Part shown: piece after piece, positions 20,005 to 30,900 of the stretch | How the letters are laid out: the number at the start of each line of letters is the position of its first letter | Position numbering within the stretch: position 1 is the stretch's first letter | Assembly: GCA_965277715.1 (NCBI GenBank) | Contig: OZ255836.1 | Span: 2,816,001 to 2,880,000 of the forward strand | Direction: 5' to 3' | From: Gammaproteobacteria bacterium | Lineage (GTDB): Bacteria; Pseudomonadota; Gammaproteobacteria; JBCCGL01 | DNA: 64,000 nucleotides | The notes under the pieces: model-generated | What the model saw: the letters and a program-made list of their open reading frames with translations, nothing else | Told to the model about the DNA's origin: nothing | Databases searched by the model: none | Position numbers and translations under genes: made by a program

Positions 20005-21116
20005 CGCCTGTGTTTAGCCACCGCGCCGCCTCTGCCGCCGCTCAGCGTGGTGTCGCTATTATCACCACCATGTTAATGGTCACCCTGGCCACCATTGCCG
20101 TCACGGCGATGGTAACCCAGCAGCGGCTGGATATTTACCGCACGGGCAACCGCCTGGCCAATGTGCAGCTAAAAACCCTGGCGCTGGCGGGCGAGCGTTT
20201 CGCGGTGCAACAACTGCACCTCGACCACCGTAACGCCGAGCGCGGTGACAGCGACTCATTTGAAGACGACTGGGCGACACCCACGCCACCGTACCCGATT
20301 GAAGGGGCGACGATCAGTGGCTGCGTTGTCGATATGCAGGGGCGTTTCAACCTGAATAACCTGGTCGGTGGCGATGGGCAGCTTAATACCGAGCAACGCG
20401 ATGTGTTTGCACGGTTATTGCAAGCCCTGGATATCGACCCGGTCAAGGCGGCGGCCGTCGTGGACTGGCTCGATGCCGATGCCAATATTATCAATGCAGA
20501 CGGCGGTGAGGACGATTACTACACACAACTGGCGCCACCCTACCTGACGGCCAACCGGCACTTTGCCAGCCTGAGCGAACTGAAACTGGTCAAAGGTTTC
20601 AATCTACCCGATGACAGCGAGGACTATGAAACGTTACTGCCGCATATCAGCGTATTGCCGGTGCCGACCCGGATCAATGTCAACACCGCCACCCCAGCGG
20701 TACTGCAATCACTGGCTGGCTTTGTCGATGCGGCAAAAGCGGACGAATTATCCCACTGGGCAGATGAAAGCTGGTCGGGTTACCCCAAGTGTGCACCGTT
20801 TGACTCGGGCGCAGATGAAACCCTGGGTGTGGCCCAGAATACAAGCGAAAATACAGCGAACGATGATGGTTTTTACGAAACACTCGATGCATTTATCGCC
20901 GAAATCAATAGCGAACGCACCAACCCCGACGATGTGAAGTTTGAAAATGAAGACCTGATTGCCGTGCAAAGCGACTACTTTGAAGTGAATGTGGCCGTGG
21001 AGCTTGACGATATCGACCTCTCACAACGGAGCTTATTGCAACGCGATGAAAACGGTATTGTCACTGTATTGCTGCGTGTACGCGGCGATAACCTGCTACA
21101 GATCAGCGGCAAATGA
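20001..21116 (+). CDS. gspK: T2SS minor pseudopilin K
   Basis: QRGVAII, DMQGRFNLNNL, DWLDAD and INVNTA motifs. Confidence 0.92.
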   Translation: MTPVFSHRAASAAAQRGVAIITTMLMVTLATIAVTAMVTQQRLDIYRTGNRLANVQLKTLALAGERFAVQQLHLDHRNAERGDSDSFEDDWATPTPPYPIEGATISGCVVDMQGRFNLNNLVGGDGQLNTEQRDVFARLLQALDIDPVKAAAVVDWLDADANIINADGGEDDYYTQLAPPYLTANRHFASLSELKLVKGFNLPDDSEDYETLLPHISVLPVPTRINVNTATPAVLQSLAGFVDAAKADELSHWADESWSGYPKCAPFDSGADETLGVAQNTSENTANDDGFYETLDAFIAEINSERTNPDDVKFENEDLIAVQSDYFEVNVAVELDDIDLSQRSLLQRDENGIVTVLLRVRGDNLLQISGK

Positions 21117-21277
21117 AGCATTGGGAATCAAGCACTGGAGAGGCATTTTATCTATAATTCTGACAACTTCAGTGGGTGTAAGCCCCTGCCTGAACCTAAA
21201 AGCTGCCACCGTGGCTTTTAGATTAAACCCCTTATGCCGATCCGCTTGGCCGCATAGCGACGACAACGAGAACAACT

Positions 21278-22480
21278 TTGGCTGAATCACTGCTAATTCA
21301 CATCCCCCACACCGGTTTCGACTGGGCCGAATGGGCTGTGCTGGATGAACGCGGCAATATCCTGGGTGACATTATGCGCACCAACCTGAGCGAGGCGGCC
21401 ACGCGGGCGGGCGGGCGCCGGGTGACGGTGATCGCATCGGCGGATGATGTCCTGCTGGCGGAGGTGGATACGCCAGCGGCTAATGCGGCGCAGGCAAAAA
21501 AGGCGATTCCCTTTGCGTTTGAAGACAGCCTGGCAGAAGACGTCGACGACCTTCATTTTGCCTTTGGCAAACCGACCCAGGACAAACAGTACCCGACCGC
21601 CATCATCAGCCGCCAGCAAATGGACACCCTGAAAGGCCAATGTGATGCCGCTGGCCTGCACCTGTGGTCGATTGTGCCGGAACAGCTCAGTATCCCGATA
21701 CACAATGTCGAACAACCGCGCTGGTGCGGTGTACTTGCCAGCGGGCGCGCTGTACTGCGCCAGCGTGAAGCAGTCGGCTTTGTGGTCGATGCAGACAATT
21801 TTTCGCAACTGCTGGCAAGCGCATTGCGTGAGGCCGGAGACACCGCCCCCACACAACTCACCCTGTATAAGGTGACCAACACCCCAGAGCCGACACTGGA
21901 TATCGATGTTACCTATATTGATTGCAGTAGCCCGCTGGCGGTATTTGCACATGGCTTTAACACCGCCCCCATCAATTTGCTGCAAGGTGACTACAGCCAC
22001 CGCCAGCAGCTCGGTAAGTTGCTGAGGCCGTGGAAAATGAGTGCGGTGTTACTGGTCCTGCTGCTGTGTATCTGGGGGGGGGTATCCTGGGCCACCTACT
22101 GGCGGCTCGGCCAACAGGAAATCGCGCTCAACCAGCAGATCGAATCGGTGCTCAAGCAAGCCTTTCCGCAAATGAAAAATACCGCAGACCCGGCCAAGCG
22201 TATGCGTTTAAAGCTCAAGGAACTCGGCAGCGGCGGCGACGGTTTTATCATCCTGCTGGGTGAGGTGTCCAGGGCGATTGCGGCGGATAACGACATGGCA
22301 TTGCGCAGTATCGGCTACCGTGACGCACGCATCGACATCGACCTGGAAGCGGCGCGGCTGGAGTCGCTCGATGCGATGAAAAAACGCATTGAGGCCAGTG
22401 GCCGCCTGAGCGCTGCCATCCAGTCGGCTAACAAAGAAAACAACCGGGTGCGTGGTCGCCTGCGCATCCAGAGTCGGTAA
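21278..22480 (+). CDS. gspL: T2SS protein L
   Basis: IPFAFEDSLAEDVDDLHFA, INLLQGDY, one TM helix. Confidence 0.92.
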   Translation: MAESLLIHIPHTGFDWAEWAVLDERGNILGDIMRTNLSEAATRAGGRRVTVIASADDVLLAEVDTPAANAAQAKKAIPFAFEDSLAEDVDDLHFAFGKPTQDKQYPTAIISRQQMDTLKGQCDAAGLHLWSIVPEQLSIPIHNVEQPRWCGVLASGRAVLRQREAVGFVVDADNFSQLLASALREAGDTAPTQLTLYKVTNTPEPTLDIDVTYIDCSSPLAVFAHGFNTAPINLLQGDYSHRQQLGKLLRPWKMSAVLLVLLLCIWGGVSWATYWRLGQQEIALNQQIESVLKQAFPQMKNTADPAKRMRLKLKELGSGGDGFIILLGEVSRAIAADNDMALRSIGYRDARIDIDLEAARLESLDAMKKRIEASGRLSAAIQSANKENNRVRGRLRIQSR

Positions 22481-22486
22481 CGCACA

Positions 22487-22993
22487 ATGAAACAGTGGTA
22501 TCTACAACAAACCCCGCGAGATCAACGCATCGTCATCGCCCTGGCGGTGTTGGTGCTGCTGGCAATGATCTACGTACTGCTCATCCACCCGTTAAAAACC
22601 GGGCTGGAGAGCCGCCGTGTCAGCGTTGCCGCAAAACAGGAAACCCTGGTATGGATGCAGCAGAGTGCCGCTCAGGTACAGCGATTGCGCGGCAGTGTTG
22701 GCGGCACTGGCAAGCCCAGCAACAAAGCGGCCTACGTGCTGCTTGATGAAGCCATTCGCAACGCCGGGCTAGCCCAGGCCGCCGAGCGCGTAGAGCCTGC
22801 GGGTAAAGACAAAAAAGGGGCGCGTGCGCAGTTCTCGCAAGTCGACTTTGACAAACTGGTGCGCACCCTCAGTACCTTGCAGGCACAGCATGGGCTGAGC
22901 GTTGTCAGCGTTAACATCGGGGGTTCAGGGGGTAATGGCCAGGGGGGTAATGGCTTAGTCAGCGCACGGGTAACACTGGAATACGAACAATGA
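22487..22993 (+). CDS. gspM: T2SS protein M
   Basis: N-terminal WY..PRDQR followed by a TM helix; position in operon. Confidence 0.88.
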   Translation: MKQWYLQQTPRDQRIVIALAVLVLLAMIYVLLIHPLKTGLESRRVSVAAKQETLVWMQQSAAQVQRLRGSVGGTGKPSNKAAYVLLDEAIRNAGLAQAAERVEPAGKDKKGARAQFSQVDFDKLVRTLSTLQAQHGLSVVSVNIGGSGGNGQGGNGLVSARVTLEYEQ

Positions 22994-23742
22994 AAGTGCG
23001 CTCGGTTATCGCGCTGATAGTGTCGGCGTATTTGTTGACGCTTGTTATCCGTTTTCCCGCCGACTGGGGGTTCGCCCGTGTGGATACCGCGCCAGTGGTG
23101 GTAGACAACCCCAGTGGCACCGTATGGCATGGCAATGCGGCGCGCATCAGGCTCGGGGTCAATCAACTGGAGGCGGTCAACTGGATATTTAATCCGCTGG
23201 CGTTGACCCAGGCCAGAGTGGGGGCCGATATCACCTTTGGTGCGCTGGGTGGCCACGGCCTGGCGACACTGGCGGTGGCCGTCGGCGGGGATATATACAT
23301 CACCCAGGGTGACTGGCAGATTGAAGCTCAGACACTGGCAAAGCAACTGCCCGGTGAGCTGGTTCAGCTCGGTGGGCGTATCCAGTTATTGGTTGAAGAG
23401 GCGCATTTTGCCGGGCAGCAACCGCAGTCGCTGCTGGGCGAACTGATTTGGCACAACGCCGCGTTAAAATCGCCGGTTCAAGCCGAGCTTGGCGTTGTCA
23501 CCGTGACAATAAGCCCCGATGGCGGCGGGCACGCTGTACAACTGAACAATACCGGTGGGGTGGTGCGTATCTCCGGCAAAATTAATATCGATACGCTCGG
23601 TGGCTACCGGGCCGATATAAAGCTGAAACCGCTGGCTAACGCCCCGGCGGATCTGGATGGCACGCTGGGGTTGCTGGGCCGCAAGGGCAGTGATGGCAGT
23701 TATAGCCTGCGGCAGAATGGCCGGTTACGGGATTTGTTTTAA
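22990..23742 (+). CDS. gspN: T2SS protein N
   Basis: RFPA and SGTVWHGNA motifs; position in operon. Confidence 0.88.
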   Translation: MKVRSVIALIVSAYLLTLVIRFPADWGFARVDTAPVVVDNPSGTVWHGNAARIRLGVNQLEAVNWIFNPLALTQARVGADITFGALGGHGLATLAVAVGGDIYITQGDWQIEAQTLAKQLPGELVQLGGRIQLLVEEAHFAGQQPQSLLGELIWHNAALKSPVQAELGVVTVTISPDGGGHAVQLNNTGGVVRISGKINIDTLGGYRADIKLKPLANAPADLDGTLGLLGRKGSDGSYSLRQNGRLRDLF

Positions 23743-24174
23743 TATAACTATTGGTTGTATTTTGTAACTTTTCAGTTAACTTCCTCTGCTGTAAAAACCT
23801 GCTGTTATACCTCAAATAAAAAATCAGTTATAAAAGTACGTCAGATTTGACGTATATATTTCCGCCTGTTTTGAGTGCTGGGCAGCGCTTGGCGCCAATG
23901 ATGATGGGTTGGCCATTCCCTTGCGTATTTATTCGGTGGGGATTGATTTGCTGATCAAGCAGGATGCCCGTGTATTGCTCGATTTGCTTGAGTCTGAGCG
24001 GGTTATTCTTAAGCAGGTGTTGGGGTTGTCTACTTAAATAAGTTAATGTCGATAGCCCTTGGTTATCTTGTGTAGGAATTAGTTTAAGGTTAGGGGTGTT
24101 ATGAGGTTTCTCTCGTGATGCCTGGGTGTTTTTCTTTGCTCTTCACAGGCGAAACGGACGCATTCCCAAATTCC

Positions 24175-24329
24175 TCAGTTGAATCTACTGCGAGCACCTA
24201 ATGCACAGAATCTAAAGCGCTTTTACCCGCATTTCAGCTTCACCTGTAGAATGACGACAGGATGGCTAAAATGCGGGTAAAAACACTTCATCTTCAGCAC
24301 CTTAGACGCCCTCGCTACGATTCAACTGA
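24175..24329. mobile_element. 155-bp MITE-like element with internal palindrome
   Basis: Terminal inverted repeats TCAGTTGAATC/GATTCAACTGA; internal arms TTTTACCCGCATTTCAGC/GCTAAAATGCGGGTAAAA; a copy of the right end lies at 12531-12564. Confidence 0.7.
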
Positions 24330-24686
24330 TGTACCCGCAACGATTACCTTGACGAAACAACATACTACGGAGTAGTTCTTCGTCAGATAATTTGCATTAT
24401 CGTCAAGTAAAAAATATGGTAAACATGACATAAACAACAACTGGCAATCGCAACAATATTAGATTTCTAAAACACCTTTTGCATTTTTTATATATGCACA
24501 GATAACCTTGACTGTACAAACGATTATAGAATTTTTGAGTGTCGGCGAAGTGAAATACTAAGCCAATACCCTTCATTAGATGCCAGTGATATAGATGAAA
24601 TGGTAGCCCTAATGTCCACTTCCCCTAAGCTGATACAGTGATAATTAGGGTTTTCTGAGATAATTTCTGAAAGCAGCCCCATAGCC

Positions 24687-24714
24687 TTGATAACGATACT
24701 ATATTTAGTATCAT
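24687..24714 (+). promoter_or_regulatory. hicAB promoter with palindromic operator
   Basis: TTGATA ... TATCAT hexamers overlapped by the inverted repeat GATACTA-TATT-TAGTATC. Confidence 0.55.
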
Positions 24715-24720
24715 CAAAGC

Positions 24721-24954
24721 ATGAGCAAAGCTGAGAAGCTGTTACAGCAAATGAAGTCTAATCCCAAAGCTGATTGGACGCCTGACAATATAAAGACTTT
24801 AAGCAAAGCCTACAGCCTCACTATGCGCCAACGTGGCACCAGCCATGCGGTACTAACCAACAGCAAAGGTGAACACCTGACGGTGCCCATGCATAAACCC
24901 ATCAAGCCCTTGTATATCAAACGATTGGTTGAACTCATTGAGGCAGTACAATGA
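24721..24954 (+). CDS. hicA: HicA family toxin
   Basis: GTSH motif and VPMHKPIKPLYIK; small basic protein overlapping hicB. Confidence 0.85.
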   Translation: MSKAEKLLQQMKSNPKADWTPDNIKTLSKAYSLTMRQRGTSHAVLTNSKGEHLTVPMHKPIKPLYIKRLVELIEAVQ

Positions 24955-25286
24955 AATTTGAAGATTATTCCATCAACGTATCCCCTATTCCGGCTGATGA
25001 GGGCGGCGGCTATATGGTCTCTTTTCCCGACTTGCCAGGTTGCATTGCCGATGGCAATACCGTCGATGAAGCGCTCGTTGAGGCGCACGATGCCTTCAAT
25101 GCCTGGGTTATGGCGGAGCAAGCAGATAAAGGCAAACTTCCTGCACCCAAGACTTATAGTGGGCAGTTTATACAGCGCATTCCGAAAACCCTGCATCGAC
25201 AATTGGCTAAACGTGCTGAAAGCGAAGGTGTGAGTTTGAATCAGTTGACAACGACACTTCTGGCTCAGGGTGTCGTCAGGCATTGA
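24951..25286 (+). CDS. hicB: HicB family antitoxin
   Basis: FPDLPGCIADG motif and RHH tail YSGQFIQRIPKTLHRQLA..EGVSLNQ. Confidence 0.9.
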   Translation: MKFEDYSINVSPIPADEGGGYMVSFPDLPGCIADGNTVDEALVEAHDAFNAWVMAEQADKGKLPAPKTYSGQFIQRIPKTLHRQLAKRAESEGVSLNQLTTTLLAQGVVRH

Positions 25287-25418
25287 TACGTTACGGCGTA
25301 GATACTGTGGCGCTTCAAGAGCGGTTGATTTTTAGTCTTCAATAAGCTCAGTTACACAGTTTGCGTTGCAGTTTCTTCTTATGCGAATTCTACTATATGT
25401 TTACATCTTTCTAAATAA

Positions 25419-26736
25419 GGTTCTTCCCCGATTATTGTGAAGCCACCGGTTCCCTATCAAGCTTTCCGCAGTAAAACAAAATACTCCGCCGGTAACTTTC
25501 AAACGAACGAAATCCTCTTGCATTCGATTTGACTGTCTGAATTTTTGAATTCAAACCCTCTGACACGGCATTACTTATTGTGTGCTTAAACCATGTCAAT
25601 ATGTTCGGCATGTGCGTTTTTATCATCTTGGCCACTTTTTTTATGCTGTCCAATCGGCACCGAATTGCCCATGAATACCACTCGTCAAAGAAACGCTTTG
25701 CCCAACCCGCTGTCTTATACGTCCAAAAATCACGAAACAGTTCTTTTATCGCCCAGGCTCGGGCTGTCAATAACTGATCATGCTTGAGTGACTCAAAGTG
25801 CTCGGCTGCTTTGTCAGACAAATTTTCTTCGTTTTTTAACCAGTGATAACGACTCTTTTTCAACCGGGTATCGCCCTGTGACAAAAGGTCTCTATGTTTA
25901 TCACGACGGACCTGATCCACCGCCTTATTCAGGTGTTGGCTAATATGAAAACGGTCGTGAACAATCGCACTGTCTGACAGTTTTACCTCAACGGCATTAA
26001 TGAACGCAGGCCACCTATCAATAGCGACAGCTTTCACCTGTTCTCGCTGGTTATCCGTCAGCGCAACCTCCAACGCCTCCTCACAAGCTGCCTGGGTGTG
26101 ATCTTTCACTCCATCCAATACTCGCCCTCCATCGATATCATTGATGAGCGTCACATAGTCATGCCCTTTACGGTGGGACTTCTCATCAATACCCAGGTAC
26201 TCAATTGTCACCAATTCCCGACGCGAAAGTCCCCGCTCGACAGCGCGGGCTTTGATGGCTTCCACTGCGTTCCAGCTAAGTCCCAGTAACTTACGCGCCT
26301 CTTCGACGCTACGTGAGGCTTGCAACACCCTGATGGAAAATAATTCAAACAACAACGTAAAACGACTGCGCTTGCTTGCCCAGGGTAACACCATACTTTT
26401 AACACCATGCTCCAGACAATTTACTCGGGGAATGCGACTGTGTAGACGCGTTTCAAACTGCATAGTATCCAGGTGTCTCCAGGATCGCTCTTGTGAACGG
26501 TGATCATAGAACGGACTCACTTCGCCACAGTGCGAACAAGGGCCGTGGTTGCCGCTAAATGCCAACGAAATGGATACTTTTAACCCTGAAGGGTCTAAAT
26601 CAACTGATGTCACTGACCAATCATCTGTCAGACCCAGGAGCTGGCTGTAGTGTTCTTCAAGGCTCGATAGCACCGGAGTCTCTCAATAGCAAAGGAGGAT
26701 GAAATACTATAACCTCACACAAACTGGGGAAGAACC
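25419..26736 (-). mobile_element. ISL3-family insertion sequence (transposase 25432-26673)
   Basis: GGTTCTTCCCC inverted ends; CSHC zinc finger, GIDE, DRFH and NAVSEGLNSKIQ motifs. Confidence 0.92.
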
Positions 26737-27322
26737 GAAAAAGAAGAATATTCCGTTTTCTATCCGTATTCCTAACAATACTCAGGTCAGGACAAAAAAA
26801 GGCAAAAAAGTGAAGGCATCAGCGCTATTTTTGCTGGGTGTAGCACAAACCTGTGCATTGACAGACGCTCGATCTGTTTGGGGAGAGAGCGTCTATTTAC
26901 CGTGTTTTCGTTCTCGTCAGGAACATGTGATTATTGCGAGCGATAGGTGCGCCCATAATGCATTAGTTGAGTATCAGCAGCGCTGGCAAATAGAGCGTTT
27001 ATTCCAGGCATTAAAAGGTCGAGGGTTCGATATGGAAAAGACACATTTAACGAAACCTGATAGGGTTGAAAAACTACTGGTATTGGTGAGTTTAACATTT
27101 TGTTGGTGTTATCAGATTGGTTATGAACAGCAAAAAACCACACCCATCAAAAAGAAAAATCATGGCCGCCCCAGTAAAAGTGTTTTTCGGTTAGGATTGG
27201 AAACGGTTTCCCGGGTTGTGTTGAACATAGGGGAACAACAGTTGCAGTGGCAAATGCTGCTTCAAGCTTTTAGACAATTAAAAACCGACCTCTTATTGTT
27301 ATAATAATTGTCCTGTACAGAG
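26737..27322 (+). pseudogene. 3' remnant of an IS4-family transposase, truncated at the ISL3 end
   Basis: YQQRWQIERLFQALKGRGF (YREK motif); the listed ATG at 26699 lies inside the ISL3. Confidence 0.8.
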
Positions 27323-27464
27323 GTCTGTAAGTTACTAACTGAAGAGCGGGGTTCGCTTCAAAAAAGTTGTTGCATAATTGGTGTCATCAGTGGTTAAATC
27401 ACTCACAGTTTCACGAGGCTTTTAAGTAAGCGCGTGACACCTGAGCTTAATCAAGGATACAAAA

Positions 27465-27914
27465 ATGGTTATTAAAAAGGTGGTAACACTTGTTTTTGGT
27501 CTAGCAGTCGCTGGGCTTATATGGGTTGTGGGTATGACCGTTATCCCGTCCGATAGTACGGAAATTGCATCGGTTACAGACGCCTATGTAAATGACGTAG
27601 AAAACCCCCCTCCTACCACTGCAATAATGCCTAGTGGTGCTGACGAACCAATCGATCACGAACAATCCCCGTCAGCAAAAAAACTACAAGCACTCCTCAA
27701 TACACAAACATCACTCCCCACCGAAATTGAGCAAACAGAGGCAACAATTGCTCAGCTTGATCAAACACTGCGTAAATTTGATCAACAGTTACAAAGCCAG
27801 GGTATTAATCCATCGGATCAAAATATAACTGAACCAACAGAGGAAACTCCATCGTCAACGGTGCAGCGCCTGCAAGCTATCCGCGACCATATCAATAAAA
27901 CCCCTGTGGAATAA
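27465..27914 (+). CDS. Hypothetical membrane-anchored coiled-coil protein upstream of the RHS gene
   Basis: AAGGA RBS, N-terminal hydrophobic helix, heptad-like C-terminus; ends 12 bp before the RHS start. Confidence 0.75.
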   Translation: MVIKKVVTLVFGLAVAGLIWVVGMTVIPSDSTEIASVTDAYVNDVENPPPTTAIMPSGADEPIDHEQSPSAKKLQALLNTQTSLPTEIEQTEATIAQLDQTLRKFDQQLQSQGINPSDQNITEPTEETPSSTVQRLQAIRDHINKTPVE

Positions 27915-27926
27915 GGAGAGAACCTA

Positions 27927-30900
27927 ATGACCTCATTACTTACCCGTATCACCTGCGTATCTACCGTAGTATGCGCCCTAATAGTACAGGCGCTGCCTGC
28001 AACGGCGGTTGAAGTTGGCGCTACCGCAGGTGAATTCAATGTATCAAATGGTAATGCCAGCTATACCCTTCCAATTAAAGTCGCCCCTGGCCGTGGGAGT
28101 ATGCAGCCAGACGTTGCGCTTTCTTATAACAGTGCGGCAGGCAACGGTATTATGGGGGTGGGATGGAACCTTAGCGCGGTATCGGCGATCAGCCGCTGCC
28201 CGGCCAATCTGGCGCAGGACGGTTTTATCAGCGACATAACCTTTGGCGATAAAAGCCGTTATTGTCTGGATGGTGAACGTTTGATTCCCGTCAGTGGGGC
28301 AAACGGTGCTGTTGGCACTGAGTATCGTACGGAAATTGATGGTTATTCACGCATTCGTTCGGTGGGGGGTAGTGCTAACAATCCGGCTTATTTTGTGGTG
28401 GATACCAAGGCCGGTCATACCATGACATTTGGTTTGGGCAGTAACGCTGCATTAGCATTTGCGCAGGGACGGTTAGTTTGGTCTGTCAGTGAGGTTAATG
28501 ACACTACGGGTAATAATCCCATTAAGTTTAGATACTTTATTGACGGCAACCAACAGCACTTAAAAAGTGTTAATTATAGTAATGGAGAAATTTTAATAGG
28601 CTATGAATCTAGAGAGGATATTCTTTCACATGAACAATCTGGTCGGACAATAAAAACGGAACGTCGGGTCAGAAATCTAACAGTATACAGCTATGGGAAA
28701 CAGGTAAGGGTATATACAGTTTATTACAAGCAATTGGGTTTAAGTAAGCTCTCTGTTATCGATAAAATACTAGAGTGCGGATCCCAGAACCAATGTTTTA
28801 ACAGTATTGAATTGGAATGGACAGAAGGCGCTAACACTTGGCAATTCACGCCTGAATATACCCCACCTTTTCATATTGCCGCTGATGGCATTGGGGATTT
28901 GGGCGCGCGTTTTGTCGATGTTAACGGCGATGGTTTAGTGGATATGGTCTACCATCGATGGGTAAATAGTTCAACTCAACAAAAAGGGGCGTATATCAAT
29001 ACGGGTAGTGGCTGGAGAGCAGCACCTGAATATACCCCACCTTTTCATATTGTCGCTGATGGCCTTGGGGATTTGGGCGCGCGTTTTGTCGATGTCAACG
29101 GCGATGGTTTAGTGGATATGGTTTACCATCGATGGATAAATGGTTCAATTCAGCAAAAAGGGGCGTATATCAATACGGGTAGTGGCTGGAGAGCAGCACC
29201 TGAATATACCCCACCTTTTCATATTGTCGCTGATGGCCTTGGGGATTTGGGCGCGCGTTTTGTTGATGTCAATGGCGATGGTTTAGTGGATATGGTTTAC
29301 CATCGATGGGCAAGTAGTTCAACTCAACAAAAAGGGGCGTATATCAATACGGGCAGTGGCTGGAGAGCAGCACCTGAATATACCCCACCTTTTCATATTG
29401 TCGCTGATGGCCTTGGGGATTTGGGTGCGCGTTTTGTCGATGTCAACGGCGATGGTTTAGTGGATATGGTTTACCATCGATGGGCAAGTAATTCAATTCA
29501 GCAAAAAGGGGCGTATATCAATACGGGCAGTGGCTGGAGAGCAGCACCTGAATATACCCCACCTTTTCATATTGTCGCTGATGGCATTGGGGATTTGGGC
29601 GCGCGTTTTGTCGATGTCAACGGCGATGGTTTAGTGGATATGGTTTACCATCGATGGGCAAGTAATTCAATTCAGCAAAAAGGGGCGTATATCAATACGG
29701 GCAGTGGCTGGAGAGCAGCACCTGAATATACCCCACCTTTTCATATTGTCGCTGATGGCATTGGGGATTTGGGCGCGCGTTTTGTCGATGTTAACGGCGA
29801 TGGTTTAGTGGATATGGTCTACCATCGATGGGCAAGTAATTCAATTCAGCAAAAAGGGGCGTATATCAATACGGGTAGTGGCTGGAGAGCAGCACCTGAA
29901 TATACCCCACCTTTTCATATTGCCGCTGATGGCATTGGGGATTTGGGCGCGCGTTTTGTCGATGTTAACGGCGATGGTTTAGTGGATATGGTCCACCATC
30001 GATGGAAAAATAGTTCAACTCAACAAAAAGGGGCGTATATCAATACGGGCAGAAAGGTATTGTTGGCTTCGATTACAGGCTCCTTTAACGATAAAACCCA
30101 ATTAAGCTACACACTGCTTACCGATAAAACCGTTTATACCAAAGGCACTGGCGCCGCTTATCCGGTAATTGACCTACAGTACCCCCAATACGTGGTTAGC
30201 AGTGTTACCGCCGATGATGGCATCGGTGGCAGTATTTCTACAAATTACCACTACGAAGGATTAAAAGCCCATGTAAAAGGCCGGGGTTCCTACGGTTTTG
30301 CCAAAATTACCGAAACGTACCCTGACACAGGTAAAACACAGGAAACCTGGTTCGACCAGAGTGGCTTCCCCTTTACCGGCCATGTGCTCCGCCACACTGA
30401 ATCGTACAACGGGCAACTCCTGAATGAATCTACCACTGAATATAGCCAAGATAGTTACTATGCTGGGGTAGAGTCCGTCCACGCGCACCGCACCGTGCAG
30501 CGCAGTTATGAACTCGACGGTTCATTAATTAGCACCGTTACTTCACTGAGTGAAAACATAGATGCCTATGGCAATGTGGGAACTGTCACTGTTATCACTG
30601 AGGGTGGTGGTGAAACATTCACCCAAACCACCGTTAGCCAATACGACAACAATACAGATAACTGGCACCTTGGCCGCCTAATGGAAGCGCGTACTACCCA
30701 CACCACCCCCCAGGGCGATGCCACGCCCAAGCTCAGCCGCTTTACCTACGACGCCCATACCGGTTTGCTCGATTCGGAAAGTATTATCAGCACCCAAACC
30801 GGTGAAACCTTCCAAACAACGGTTTACCAATACGATAATTTTGGTCAGAAAATTGCTGTTACGCTCAGAGTGCCTAACCATGCTGATCGCACCAGCACCA

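Noticed and set aside
24379-24408. dif/XerCD site
   Set aside because: GATAA-TTTGCA-TTATCGTCAAGT needs an insertion in the XerD arm and has a poor XerC arm.
28851-30050. CRISPR array
   Set aside because: Units are 174-bp contiguous in-frame coding repeats with no unique spacers, and no cas genes are present.
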